Below, one piece after another: positions 21,649 to 36,276 of a stretch of DNA of 64,000 nucleotides. The position numbers and the translations under genes were made by a program. Origin of the DNA: the human T2T-CHM13v2.0 reference genome, Homo sapiens; the NCBI RefSeq assembly GCF_009914755.1, contig NC_060932.1; one strand, 5' to 3'. Within the stretch, counting starts at the first letter, position 1, and each line of letters opens with the position of its first letter. The notes beneath the pieces were generated by a model that ran no database searches, had not been told where the DNA came from, and saw only the letters and a list, made by a program, of their open reading frames with translations.

Positions 21649-22462
21649 GGGTTGCTACACTTTATACTGTACATTCTGCGCTATACATTGTGCTTCCCAG
21701 TGATGAGCACTGTGCTGTATACTTGCATCAGTGTTCTCATTTGGTTTTCCTAAAAACCTGTGAAATGAGGCACATTTTTGTTCATTAAACTTTTAAATTG
21801 TTTGAGACCAGCCTGGGCAACATCCAAAACCCCATCTCGACCAAAAATACATAAACTAGCCAGGTGTGGTGGTGCACGCCCAGCTACTAGGAAGGCTGAG
21901 GTGGGAGGATTACTTGAGCCCAGGAGGGTGAGGCTGCAGTGAGGCATGAGTGTACTCCATCCTGGGTAACAGAGCAAGACCCTGTCTCAAAGACAAATGA
22001 ATAATAATTAATAATAATATAAAACTTTTAGAAAATGCATCCCAATTGGAAAAACCCAAATTTTTTACATTGCTGGTAATCGGTCGATCTGACTCTAAAT
22101 GAATCTCACTCTCAGGACCAGGATTATGCCAGTTTCCTTTTTCCTGTATTTTCAGTAGTCTTGTCTCCTGCCCCATTCGGCTCTCTCATTTAAGTCTTTG
22201 GTATCAGCTATGAATTAGTGCCTACTTAAATTGTGAGTGGCTTAAAATGTTACATTTTTGCAAATTCAAACTGAGAGCTTTTGGAGCACAAGAATGCATT
22301 GTTCATTCATCTTGACATCACCCCCACCACACACCTAGAATGGCTTCTGATTGAGAGCAAGTAGAGATTAATAAATATATAGTTGAATGAATGTGCAATG
22401 TGGTTGTATATGCTAGTAGACTCTTAGTTGGTACTGATGTTGAAAGTAGATCCCCTTCTTTA

Positions 22463-22639
<177 letters not shown>

Positions 22640-22642
22640 TTA

Positions 22643-22900
<258 letters not shown>

Positions 22901-22966
22901 TTAGGGAGCATTGTCTGCAGGTCTTCCCAAGTTAAATTTGGCAGCAATCATCTAGGCGTCTTGGTT

Positions 22967-23289
<323 letters not shown>

Positions 23290-26200
23290 GTCTTGGTTCC
23301 TTTCTAAGGGTCTTAAAAGGAGGGTTTAATTACGCGACTGGATTAGTGGATTCTTTGCTGGCTCAGAAGCCAATTTATTAAGTAAATAATTTCAAAATAC
23401 TTTCTAAACCATTTTAAATTTGATGCTTACAGATTTGGATGAACTAAAGTTACCAATCTAGAGATTCAAGTGGAGTCTTTATCAGTGAAATTTACTGTAC
23501 TATTAATTTCCTGGTGTAAAAGATACTCCCTTAGATGATGCTGGCATTCTTTTTGATTTTTTCAAATCTCTGGGTTTTTATTAGAATATTTTAAAGGAGT
23601 CAGATACATTTTCAAACCATTTTAGATGTGCTTTGTTGTTGAATAAGTGGATAGCAGATAACATATTAAGTATAAATTACAGATTATTCTCAATGTAGGT
23701 AAAGTTGCATATCATTATGAAATAAGTTTTGGGTAGTTCTCAATTGGCAATATTCTTTCTCTCCTTGTGGTTGAAGCTCTCCTTTTGATGAAATTGAATT
23801 CTTGAGAAATGTAACTGTAGCTAACACTTATTGAACACAAACTCGAACAGGTGGTGTACTTCGCACTTTTATGCTTTAACTCTCATAGTGAAGTAGGCCT
23901 TTATTTTCCAAATGATAAAACAGTCTCAGAGATGTTAAGTTCAAGGTCATGGAGGCATTAGTACTAGAGCTGGATGCCAGATCCACATTAGTTCAATGCC
24001 AAAGCCCAAAGCCCATTATTTTTTTACCATTCTTGAGATTGTCAAGTAAACTGCCAAGTTTAAAAGCTCAAAGGCACATTTTTTAGAAATAAGTATTACT
24101 GCTTAAATTTCAGATACAAATTAGGTTAAAAAAGGTAATTACTACATAAGTTCCAACTACAAATTAGGTGAGAGAGAAATAGACAATCGAAATAGGTGTT
24201 AGGTGCTGGTCACTGGGTGTATATGGTGGGGGAGTGTGGGGGGATGCTTCACCGGCTTGGCAGTCAAGGTTTCCCAGAGGAGATGGCATGTGAATAGTGT
24301 CAGGAAGATTGGGTAGGACCCAGGGCTTGGGGAGGGGTTGTTGACGTTTTTGTGGGGAGGTCCTGGCTGAAGAAGCAGTGTGTACAAAGGCCAGGAAACG
24401 GAATGGATGGTCTATGTCAAGACTCTTGATTTTTTTGCCTTTAACTTATGTAAAAAGAACAGAATGTTCAGAGTTCTTAGGAAAGTTTGTGAATAAAGTG
24501 ACCACATCCCCTGATCTACTGAAACACTGAATTAAGATCAGAGACTTGCGAGTTTGTATTTTTTCCATTTCAGCAAATCCCTAGGTGCCCTTGGATTTGT
24601 TTTAGCTCATATAAATTGGACTTTTCTGAAGATATTGGCTTAATCGATTGCCTTGTCTAGAAAGATCCTTACAGTTGTAAACATTATGTGGTTCTTTACT
24701 GAAAATAAAACAAAACATCCTACTGTTTGTTCCTGCAAGGAACACAGGTCCAGAATTGGGAAGGGTGTTGGAAATGGGTCAGAAGGAGGGGAGAAGAGTT
24801 GAGGGAATGCATTAAAATAATTTTGACACTTCATTTTACCTACTTTTTTCTATAATGAATGTATATTTTTTGGATAACTACAAAGTTATTTCTTAAAAGT
24901 TAGGACTCTCCAAATGAGAAAGATGCTTGTAGAATGCGAAGGTGATTAAATTTATGGAACAATAAATAGATAGGTAGACATTCATTTTCTATCCTATCAG
25001 TATATAGTAGTTAAGAGTTTGTTCAGCAAAAAGGAATATTTGGCACAATAAATTATTTAATATGTAACTCATTCTGTAGTATACGCTGAAAGATACAAAG
25101 AGTTATTAGCTACAGGACAGTAGAGTATTGTACAGTGATGTGAAGTACTTTTAAGAGTGTGGGCTGGGCGTGGTGGTTCATGCCTGTAATCCTAGCACTT
25201 TAGGAGGCCGAGGCAGGTGGATCCCTTAAGCCCAGGAGTTCAAGACCAGCCTGGGCGACATGGCAAGACCCCATCTCTACAAAAAATATAAAAATTAGCT
25301 GGGCATAGTGGCAATGTCTGTAGTCCCAGCTACTCCGGTGCCTGAGGTGGGAGGATTGTTTGAGCACAGGAGGTGGAGGTTGCAGTGAGCCAAGCAAGAT
25401 CGCGCCACTGCACTGCAGCCTGGGCGACAGAGACCGTGGCTCAAAAAAAAAAAAAAAAATTGTGTTTGGACTCCAGAGGAGCCTGTGTGGGTTCAGTCCC
25501 AGCTCTGCCACCCTAAGAGTTGTGTAACCTCAGCAAGTTACCCCAAACCTCTGTTGCTCCATTTGTAAAATAGGCAAAATCATATCAACCTCAGTGGTGG
25601 TTGTGAGGAATAAGTGAATTTCTCCATGTAAAGTGCTTAGAATAGTGACCTACATCTAGTAAAAAACACACGTTAATATTGTACAAAAGACACAGACTGG
25701 AAGCCTGAACCAAATTAGGCCTGCAGGCATATTTTGTTTTGCAAGAGTGGCATTTGAAAAAGAATGAGAAATTGAATGTTTTAGACAGGATGTGTCCTCT
25801 CCAATTGGCCACAGGTCCAGGCATGAGCTATTATCTCAAACTCAGCCTGACTCAAACATTCATGTTACTTGCTTACTCTAAATACTTGTGCTTGTGACCA
25901 ATTGGTTCAGGAAAATTGGTGAATGGTAGATAAATAACAAGGGATCTGCAATTTGAGGCCGACTTCACAAAGCACAGCCATGCTTTCTCCCAAAATGCCT
26001 GTTGTCTTTTAACTAGTTAGACATTTCTCCCTCACTTAGCCATATTACTTGAGTGTAAGACAATGTTTTATTTGTCTTTGTATACCCAGAACCTAAAGTA
26101 GATCCTGTTGCTGCTCCAAAAATCTTTGTGGTTCGAATGAACATGCTGTAGTATAATGTGGGCTGGGGGCTCTCAGGAAATGTAAATGGGGATTCTGTCT

Positions 26201-26675
26201 GATGTGTGAAGTACAAACTGGATATGAGAAAGATGGAACTGGAAGAGTCTGTGTCAAAGCTGTGGTGTCTGGGCAACACATGGGACGTTCAAGAAACCAG
26301 GTTGTTAAGTACAGCTGGAAAGCAAAGTGAGGAAGAAGTGAGGCTGGAAGGATAAGGAAGTCATAGGCCACATTAAGGTGTTTGGATTTTAAGAGTGACA
26401 TGAGATTTGAAAACAAGCACTTCTCCACAGGTGGTCCATAACACATGTATTTTGTGTATATCCTAATGGAGATTATCTACAATGTTTCTAATTTAATCAT
26501 ATCTTTAGATAAGCAGTGCCTTTTGAATCAGATATGAGATAGAATGTTTTTATTGTTATTTGATAACTCTGTGGGTTGACATTTTACTCCCCTCCACAAA
26601 TACTGTTTTCCTGTAGTGGCTCACGCCTGTAATCTCAACACTTTGGGAGCCCGAGGTGGGTGGATCACAAGGTCA

Positions 26676-26951
<276 letters not shown>

Positions 26952-27103
26952 TCACGATTAATCTTCCCAGCTGCTTAGTTATATAATAATATCCTGTGTG
27001 TTTAAACACAGGCCTACATAATGAATTTCTCAGGGAGTAAGTTCAAGAGCTTTTTTTTTAAAACCTCAGGATCTCTTTTATGGGTGTCACAAGGATTCTT
27101 TAG

Positions 27104-27412
<309 letters not shown>

Positions 27413-27806
27413 TGATCTGCCCGCCTCAGCCTCCCAAAGTGCTGGGATTACAGGCGTGAGTCCCTGCACCCGGCCTCTTGTTGCAGTTTTATATGATGTC
27501 AGTTTTCTAAATTGATTAAGAAATTTCTCAAGTTAATCAACATAAAGACGCTGCCTGCACCCCTTTCTTGTAAGTTGTTCCATTTAAGATGTTAGAAATA
27601 GATCTGTTTGAATCTTGCTTTGAGGGAATTTGTAATACACTCTTTCTTAAGAGGTCATTTGAAAAATGAATATGTTTATTTTCTTCTTACACAACTAACT
27701 CCCATGTGTTCATTGCAAAAATCATGGGGAAAAAAATAAACACAAAAGTGTAAAGGGAAAATATTTTAAAAGTCACCCATAATTTCACCAGGTAAGAGAT
27801 AGCCAC

Positions 27807-27826
27807 TGTGATATTATCATTTATTC

Positions 27827-27857
<31 letters not shown>

Positions 27858-28689
27858 CGTGTGCATGATTCCTGGCTCATAACTCCCATAGCCCTTGTTA
27901 CAGTCTTTTGTTATAATGTTGGAGTGCTTTAGGCCTCAGAAGCAGGCCTCGGAAAACAATCTCTCTGACCTTCTGCTCTCCCTTCTCCTTTTTTTTTCTC
28001 AAGGCAAGACTCTAATCTTCCCTCACCTTTCTGATTGTGGGTGATAAGACTCCCATTTCAGAAGGGGTGCTGCCTCATACGCTGGGGGAAGGAATGCTCC
28101 TCAGAGAAGCCAAGAAGAATCTAAACGGACGGGCCTTGCTGGGTTTCCTCAGTCTACGAGCTTAGATCATACCCTTTTTGTTCATTCATATTTCTGCACA
28201 GTTGTCAATTATGCCTATCCAATGAAGTCTCCATAAAAGGCCAAGAGAACAGGGTTTGGAATGTCCAGATAGCTGAACATGTGGAGGTTCCTGGAGGGTG
28301 GAGCTCCCAGGGAGGGCATGAAAGCTTCATGCCCCTTCCCCCATATGTCACCATGCAGCTCTTCATCTGTATCCTTTATAATTAGCCAGTAAACAAGTGT
28401 TTCCCTGAGTTCTGTGAGCCTAGGTACTAGCAAATTAATTGAACCCAAGGAAGGAGTCATGGACACCCCAATTTATAGATGTTTGGTCAGAAGCACAGGT
28501 AAAACAACCTTGGGCATGCAATTGGTATGGGAAATAGGGAGCAGTCTTGGGGCCTGAGCCTTCAACTTGGATCTGACGCTATCTCTAGGTAAATAGTGCT
28601 GGAATTAAATGGGAAGTCCCCTGGCTGGTGTCCGCTGCAGAACTGCTGGCTTGCTGGTGGGGAAAAATTTCCACATATTTCTACTGACA
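27807..28689. mobile_element. Solo LTR, MER21-like, with internal (TG)n
   Basis: TG...CA ends, ccac flanking both ends, MER21-like motif ttcctggctcataactcccatagcccttgttacagtcttttgttataatg. Confidence 0.75.
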
Positions 28690-30360
28690 ACCACTATTAA
28701 CGTTTTGGTCTATGTCCTCCTCTATTTTTTTCCCCCTTGGCATACATATAAGTACATTCTACATATTGTTTTTTAGTCTACATTTTAATTTAGTAATATA
28801 ATGTAGAAAAGAAGAGATTAGAAAAATATTCTTAATTTTTCTGTAGAAGATGTTTTATTTAGTGGGAGTATGTTCTTTTCTCTTATTTTGCAGTTATAAT
28901 CCAAATGTACTTAAGGCCTCCCAGCCTTATGAGGTCTACCTTTCCTTTAATAACCAAATAAAGTTGCTTAAGCCACCATCCCATGGAATATTCTCTGAAA
29001 AGCCAGCATAACCTTTGCTAGTATTGATAAGGATTTTTAGGGTGGGATAGAACATGGGATTTATATACTTCTGTCACTTCTAGGTATAGTTTCATTTGCC
29101 TTTATTATGGGTGAATTTGAGCACCTTTTATATATTTAAAATCCATTTGTTTATCCTTTGATTTAGTTCTTTATATTTGTCCCCTTGAAGTTTATAAAAC
29201 CTTTTCTCCCACGATTTCTTTTAGTACTTTCATGTTTTCATTTCTTGCATTTAGATCCACATGGAATGAATTTGAAGCAAGGTGTGAAGTATGCATCCAC
29301 AGATGGTTGTCCACTTAAGCCAATACCATCAGATTTGAAAAGCCATTCTGAGCATATATCTGTACTCAATTTCTATATATATCTGAGCCTGAAGGGTATT
29401 TATTTTATTTTGAGAAATGGGGTCTCTGTTACCCAGGCTGTAGTGCAGTGGAGTGATCATGGCTCACTATAACCTTGAACTCCTGAGCTCAAATGATCCT
29501 CCCACCTCAGCCTCCCAAGTAGCTGGGTCTATAGGCATGTGCCATCATGCCTGGCTTGCTTGCTTGCTTTTTTTTTTTTTTTTTTTTTTTGAGAGACAGG
29601 GTCTCACTATGTTGCCTGGGCTGGGCTCAGGTAATCTCCCTGTCTTGGCCTCTCAAAGTGCTGGCATTATGGGTGTGAGCCACTGTGCCCAGCATGAAGG
29701 GTATTTTAAATAAAGGAAATCACTTTTAAAAAAAAAGTTCTCCTAAAACCCTTTTATTAAAAATAAAAACTCTGAAGTGGGTAGTCACTCTTCACTTGAT
29801 CATTTTCATAAATCTAGGTTTTTTAAATCATTGTCTAAAGTGGGGTAGAGTCTAGGAAAATCAAATTTCAGTCAATCCCTTCAGTTCTCTCTTTCACTGT
29901 GTTTAATGAGAATGAGAAAAATAAGGCATTTTCTCTTTTTGGTTTCCTTTTTTGTTTTCCTCCTTCTCCCTCTTCTAACAGTGAAAAGGCAGCAGAAACA
30001 AGGAAGACGATAAATTCAAGGCTTTGATAAACCACACTGCAAGTTAGCACGCTTCTGAGCAAAAATGACACATTCCATAGCTCTGAATCATCTTGACTAT
30101 CCATTTTGTTTTTATTCTCTTGGTTTTGGACAGGTCCAAACTAAAATATTTTTAGTTTGTTGTCCCATCCAGTTTCCCGATGGGTTACCTCAGATGTGAA
30201 CCATAATAACCAGGAGAAGTGGCATGCTGGGCCCAGGGCCCAACTGAGGAATGTGAGGCCAACTAATAACTTAGCTCCTTCTAAACTAATATCCATTCAA
30301 AGAAATTTTCAAGTCTCATTTAATGTGGATGGAGCTGGTGCCAGGGAGGACTATTTATTG

Positions 30361-30743
30361 AGATCTTAATTCACAAATGTCTCAAAGCAGTTTAAAATGT
30401 TCTTGATGTTACGTAATGAGTTAGAAACCTGTCCAACCACATACCAGATGCATGGGCTGGGGCTGGGACAAGTTACTTGACCAATCTGGACTTCCATTAT
30501 TCATGACTCCAGGAGCTCCTTCACTCATGAACTGTGTACCTAGACAGAGACACAGCTCAGGGCAGGCATTTTTATTACCTTTGTGTCCCAAGGAGAGGGC
30601 CTCCTTTTTTGAGAGGCATAGCATATGGGACAAGAATGTGGTTCTGCAGCTGGGCAGCTTGGGTTTATATGCTGGCTCCTCTACTGCCTACTGATTGACC
30701 ACTAGCAAGTTATTATATTTAACCTCTCCGTGCCTTCATTTTC
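30361..30743 (+). repeat. Copy 1 of 383-bp direct repeat (copy 2 at 33138-33520)
   Basis: Base-by-base comparison shows 4 transitions. Identical ORFs 30421..30633 and 33198..33410. Confidence 0.98.
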
Positions 30744-31610
30744 CTGCCCGGGGCACTGTCTTCCTAAATCTGTCTTGGTGAAACCAGTTTTAGCTGGCTG
30801 TTCTAATAGCCACCTAGCAGGGCTAGGGGGAGCAAAGTCCAGCTTCAGCACTTGGCCTCTGTCCACACGGAGGGGAGGGGCTCCTGGTTACTGCTGGGCA
30901 GGGTGGCAGTTCTGGATTCCCACTAGACCTCGTTACTGTTCCTTATGGCCTCCACTGACACCATAGGGAGGTGGCTTCATTGTCACTGGGCTATGGTGAA
31001 AGTCCTGACTCTCCACTTGGCCTCCTCTGACACCACCCCAGCAGGGAGGTGGAGGGACTGCCTTGTTACAGCTGTGAGTGGGTGGAAGTTCAGGCTCCCA
31101 GTGTGGTCTCCGCTGACACCATGGGGGTGGGAGCCTTTTGTCAGATGGGGATGAAAGAACCAGCTCCCTGTGGCTTTTGCGATACCACACCAGTGGAGGC
31201 GAGGCCCCTTGTGATAGCCTGGACTCCCACACCCTTGGGTGGTGTGGGTGGGAGTGGACCATAGGTTTTTCTGTGCTATTTAGCTGGAGTAAGTTGTTAC
31301 TAAGAGTTTTCTGTTTTGTTAGGCTGCCCCTGTCCTAGTCCTTTGTCTAGAGAAACAGGCTTTTGTTGGGGATTTTTTATTTGCTCCCGTTGGCATTTCT
31401 GGGTTGCCAGCTCCTTTATCCCAAGTCTGGGGTACAGGAACCTCATCACCAGGTTGTTCCTTGGATCGCAAAGTCCCTGGCCAGTCTGCTTTCTTACCAC
31501 CTTTCAGCATCTTCTTATGCATGTTTATACATAATGTCCAGGGTTTTAGTTGTACTTAGTGGGAGCAATAGGGAAAAGTATATCTACTCCATCTTCCTGG
31601 AAGCAGCACC
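30744..31610 (-). mobile_element. Ancient L1 (L1MD/L1M4-like) 5' region
   Basis: cctttcagcatcttcttatg...ataatgtccagggttttagttgtacttagtgggagcaatagggaaaagtatatctactccatcttcctggaagc resembles the antisense of an old L1 5' UTR. Confidence 0.65.
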
Positions 31611-32716
31611 AGGATATCACTTAAAAATACTATGAATAGTTGGCTTCATGTTTTTGGCATTGTACAGAGATCCATTTACTGCTGGTATGCTGAATCCCCC
31701 ACTAGAACAGTGTCTGCACATGGTAGGAGCTGAATAATATTCACTAACTGAGTGAATCCCCATTTCACAGATGAGAAAACTTAGGGAATCAAGTAATTTT
31801 CCCCAAATCACACAGCCAGCAATAGGAAGAACTGGGGTTTGAATGTGGGCAGTCTGATTCCAAAGCTCAAGCTCTCAGAAGCATCACTGGGGCAGTCATG
31901 AAATTCAAGGCCCCTTTTGTTCTCTTAGGACAATGAAGGAGTGAGAGGGCGCTTCCACTTGAGACAGTAACAACACGACACTTTTCTACTGAATTAAGAA
32001 TGAATGTCCTTGCGTTCTGCGAGCGAATGCCCAAGGCTGTCATCTCTCCTTCCATTCATTGCCAAACTTTCTGCCTGGTGTCCTAATTACTCCATAATTT
32101 CTGTGCAAATGGGGTTCCACTCCAATTTCTTTTCTGCAGCTGCCTTTTTTTTCAGCCCCAAAGACCAAATTCAATAGTGTCTTTCCTAATTCTCATCCTT
32201 TTAGGTTTTTCTGCAGTATTTCCTAATGTTGTCTACCACTTCCCAATCTTCCTACTCTTGACTCTGCTTTCTTAGTTTGCCCTCCATCCCTCTGATTGCT
32301 TTCTGTCATCTTTCTTCAGCCATCTTCAAGCTGGTGGAATTCCTCAAGAGTCCTCCTTTCTCTTCATTGTGCACAGTCTCATTGTCAGTTCATCTAAGCT
32401 CACTTAGATGACTCAACACTCACTTATTCACTCACTGTTCATTTATTGAGCACTAGGCACTGTTCTGTATCCATGAACAAGGTAAACAAGGTGGCTGTTC
32501 TCATGGAGCTTATATCTAATGGGAGACACAGAGGTAAACAAACAACAACAGTTATGGAGCACATAGCATATCAGCAATATTAATCACACTTGTAAACTTT
32601 TGTATGCATAATCCCAATTATCTGTTAGATTTAAAAACTACGGGGGGTAAGAGTTGCATTATCTACAGAAGACTACTGCTACCACCTTATATGCACTCGT
32701 ATGATGGTTTGCTTTA

Positions 32717-33058
<342 letters not shown>

Positions 33059-33137
33059 TCAAAAAAAAAAAAAATTATATATATATATATAAATATATAT
33101 ATATATAATATATATGTATAATATTATTTTTTTCCAA

Positions 33138-33520
33138 AGATCTTAATTCACAAATGTCTCAAAGCAGTTTAAAATGTTCTTGATGTTACATAATGAGTTA
33201 GAAACCTGTCCAGCCACATACCAGATGCATAGGCTGGGGCTGGGACAAGTTACTTGACCAATCTGGACTTCCATTATTCATGACTCCAGGAGCTCCTTCA
33301 CTCATGAACTGTGTACCTAGACAGAGACACAGCTCAGGGCAGGCATTTTTATTACCTTTGTGTCCCAAGGAGAGGGCCTCCTTTTTTGAGAGGCATAGCA
33401 TATGGGACAAGAATGTGGTTCTGCAGCTGGGCAGCTTGGGTTTATATGCTGGCTCCTCTACTGCCTACTGATTGACCACTAGCAAGTTATTACATTTAAC
33501 CTCTCCGTGCCTTCATTTTC
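33138..33520 (+). repeat. Copy 2 of 383-bp direct repeat; runs on into an intact MIR
   Basis: ~99% identical to 30361-30743; continues tcatctgtaaaatgg...gtaaagtgc...tggcac. Confidence 0.98.
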
Positions 33521-34507
33521 TCATCTGTAAAATGGCCTAGTGATAGTGCCTACTTCCTAGAATTATCATGAAGGTTAAGTTAGTTAATAATTGTAAAGTG
33601 CCGAAAATAGTGGCTGGCACTTACTAAGTGTACATATGTGTTTGCCATTTTAATCTATTTATATACATACTGTGTCACTTTCAGAGAAAACCAGGTCACT
33701 AGATTTTATCTTTTGGAATATTGCTAACATTAAGCTTTGAAATTTGATATTTTCCATCTTGGATGCTTTAAGATTTCAGGTTATCAAACAAATTTAAGAA
33801 AGTAAACACATTTTTACTTCTTCTAACTTCAGAGAATGAGCTTCTAAAAATGAGTGTTGAGTTTCTTTCCACTTTGGATTATGAAATTAAAAAGATATAC
33901 ATAAAACAAAACAAAAATCACATAAAAATCCATGAATTCAGAAGCTATATTTGAAATAAACAGGCTAGATGGCAGATAATATATACTAAAACCATTAACG
34001 TCACACATAAGGATTATAATATATCAACAACTTCAAGCTGGGCAGAGAATTTCTGGTATCACAGTTCACTTCTATGGGTCTTTGCTTTGCAATTCAACTG
34101 AAATTAAAAACAGAAAAACTCTCTATTGGTTTTGAAGCATATCTCCCATGATTTTTTTCCTATTCCCCTCCCCTCCCCGAGTCATCTGCCCTTTATTACT
34201 TGCCTTGGTCAGAGGGAGAATATAATTTTAGAAAAACACAAGCAGTAAAAAGCAATTTCTATACCAAGGAAATAATAATGGTGATAATCCAGATCACATA
34301 GAAATTAAATCTACTTTCCTAAACAGTAAAACCAGCTAGCTTTGCATGTGTTCATACCATATGATTAATATTAAAGCATAAGGCAACCGGCCGGGCGCGG
34401 TGGCTCAAGCCTGTAATCCCAGCACTTTGGGAGGCTGAGGTGGGCGGATCACGAGGTCAGGAAATCAAGACCATCCTGGCTAACACGGTGAAAACCCGTC
34501 TCTACTA

Positions 34508-34717
<210 letters not shown>

Positions 34718-36190
34718 CTACCAGCACTGCACCCTCATTAGCCAGCCAGCTTTGCAGACTCACCACCCCCACAGGCTGTCCTGGAGGTTCCTACGCCTGC
34801 AGTGGGAGCTAAGAGGTCAGCTGTTGCCCCAGAGCCGACCCCAGTAACCTTTGCAGCTTCCCTGAGGGCTTCAGGGACCTGCACCCTGTTTAGTGGGCAC
34901 AGAGAAAATGGCTCATGTCCTGGAAATACCCAGCCTGGCTCCATTGGGCTGTAAGTAGTTCCTGGCAAAATTCCTCATTAGGTAACAATTTGGATGGTGG
35001 TGGAGATGTGTCCCTCCTACTTTACCCAAGAGGTGGTAGCGGTGTGGCCTGTGGGAATTTTGAGGGCAGCGGGCAAAAGTCATTCCAGTCCCAGGGCTCA
35101 GCTCCAGCAGCGCCCAGGGGCATCTCAGAAGCAGCTACATCATCATCTGTACCACCCCACGCCCTGTGCTTGTTTAGGGCTGAGATCCTATTGGGAGGCA
35201 TTTGGGGAGGAGGTGAGCTGCGCTGGCAGAAGGTTCAGGGCCGGTCACTGGGGATTTTCCTGCCACTCACATCCCCTTCTTTCAAGTCTTCTTTAACTCT
35301 GCACAGATGGGAGTAACAGAAGATGCTGGTTTCCACCTCATCATTTTTTACCTTCTCACCCCCAGAAATTAATCTTCGCATAAACCTCAGGACCAGCACA
35401 ATGCCTGTCTCAATAAAATGTTAGTTTCCTTTCCTTCTGTATCTCCTGCCTTCCCCTTCCTGGCCACCTAAGACACAGGGCCGTTATGTTGCGGTGCCCT
35501 ACTTCGCAGCACCCCCAGACCTGCCCAGGGCTGCTCCCCATGCCAGAACCCTCCCTGTCCCCTAAGAACCTGACTATCCTTTGTTTCATTCCCTAAAAGC
35601 CTTACTTTTCAAGGCTGAGGCTGCAGCATCCTTTATACTGGTATACACTTTCATGTTTACAAGTGTCATTGGGCATCTACTGGTACTCATCTTAGTTACC
35701 CTTGTAACAGAGCCCTTAGATGTCAAACCAAAGCAGTGACTGACACTGAGATTTGTGGCTGCCTGGGTAGGTAGAGAAGAGAGAGAGAGTAGAGTTGACC
35801 ATGTTTCTCAGCTCACAAGTTCCTATGATGGCTTGGAACCCTGACCAGCATTTTCTTCTGAAGCAACACCCTCGTGGTATGTTCAGACTTTTTCTAGATC
35901 TCTCCAAGACAGAGAAATACTTGTTGCTCCTGCATTGAGGTTGGGCAGATGGGCATTACTGGGGCACTAGTGGCCAAGTTGCCCTGATCCACCCACCTGA
36001 GACCAGGTATGTGTGTGGTGGTGCAAGCCACTGCTTTTTCAGGCTGGTGCTGCTGGATGAGAAAGTCCCAAAGTTCTATCATTGAAGGAGCAGCACAAGA
36101 GTGAGGACAAATACCTTCACAGGCAGCAAGAAAGTGGTACACAGCAGGGAGGGCAGTGGGCACCTGGGGGAAGAGCAAGGCCCGAGGAGT

Positions 36191-36276
36191 GAGGGGAAGC
36201 AGGCCAACCTCGACGATCTCCTCAGCACCTGAACGCCAAGGCTGGGGAGATCCTCGAGGTTGGCCTGCTTTCCCTC
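36191..36276 (-). ncRNA. MIR3150B: pre-miR-3150b hairpin (antisense of the same inverted repeat)
   Basis: Reverse complement contains UGAGGAGAUCGUCGAGGUUGG (recalled miR-3150b-3p) and folds equally well. Confidence 0.9.
36194..36273 (+). ncRNA. MIR3150A: pre-miR-3150a hairpin
   Basis: gggaagcaggccaacctcgacgatctcctcagc-loop-gctggggagatcctcgaggttggcctgctttcc is a near-perfect inverted repeat matching the recalled miR-3150a stem-loop. Confidence 0.92.
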
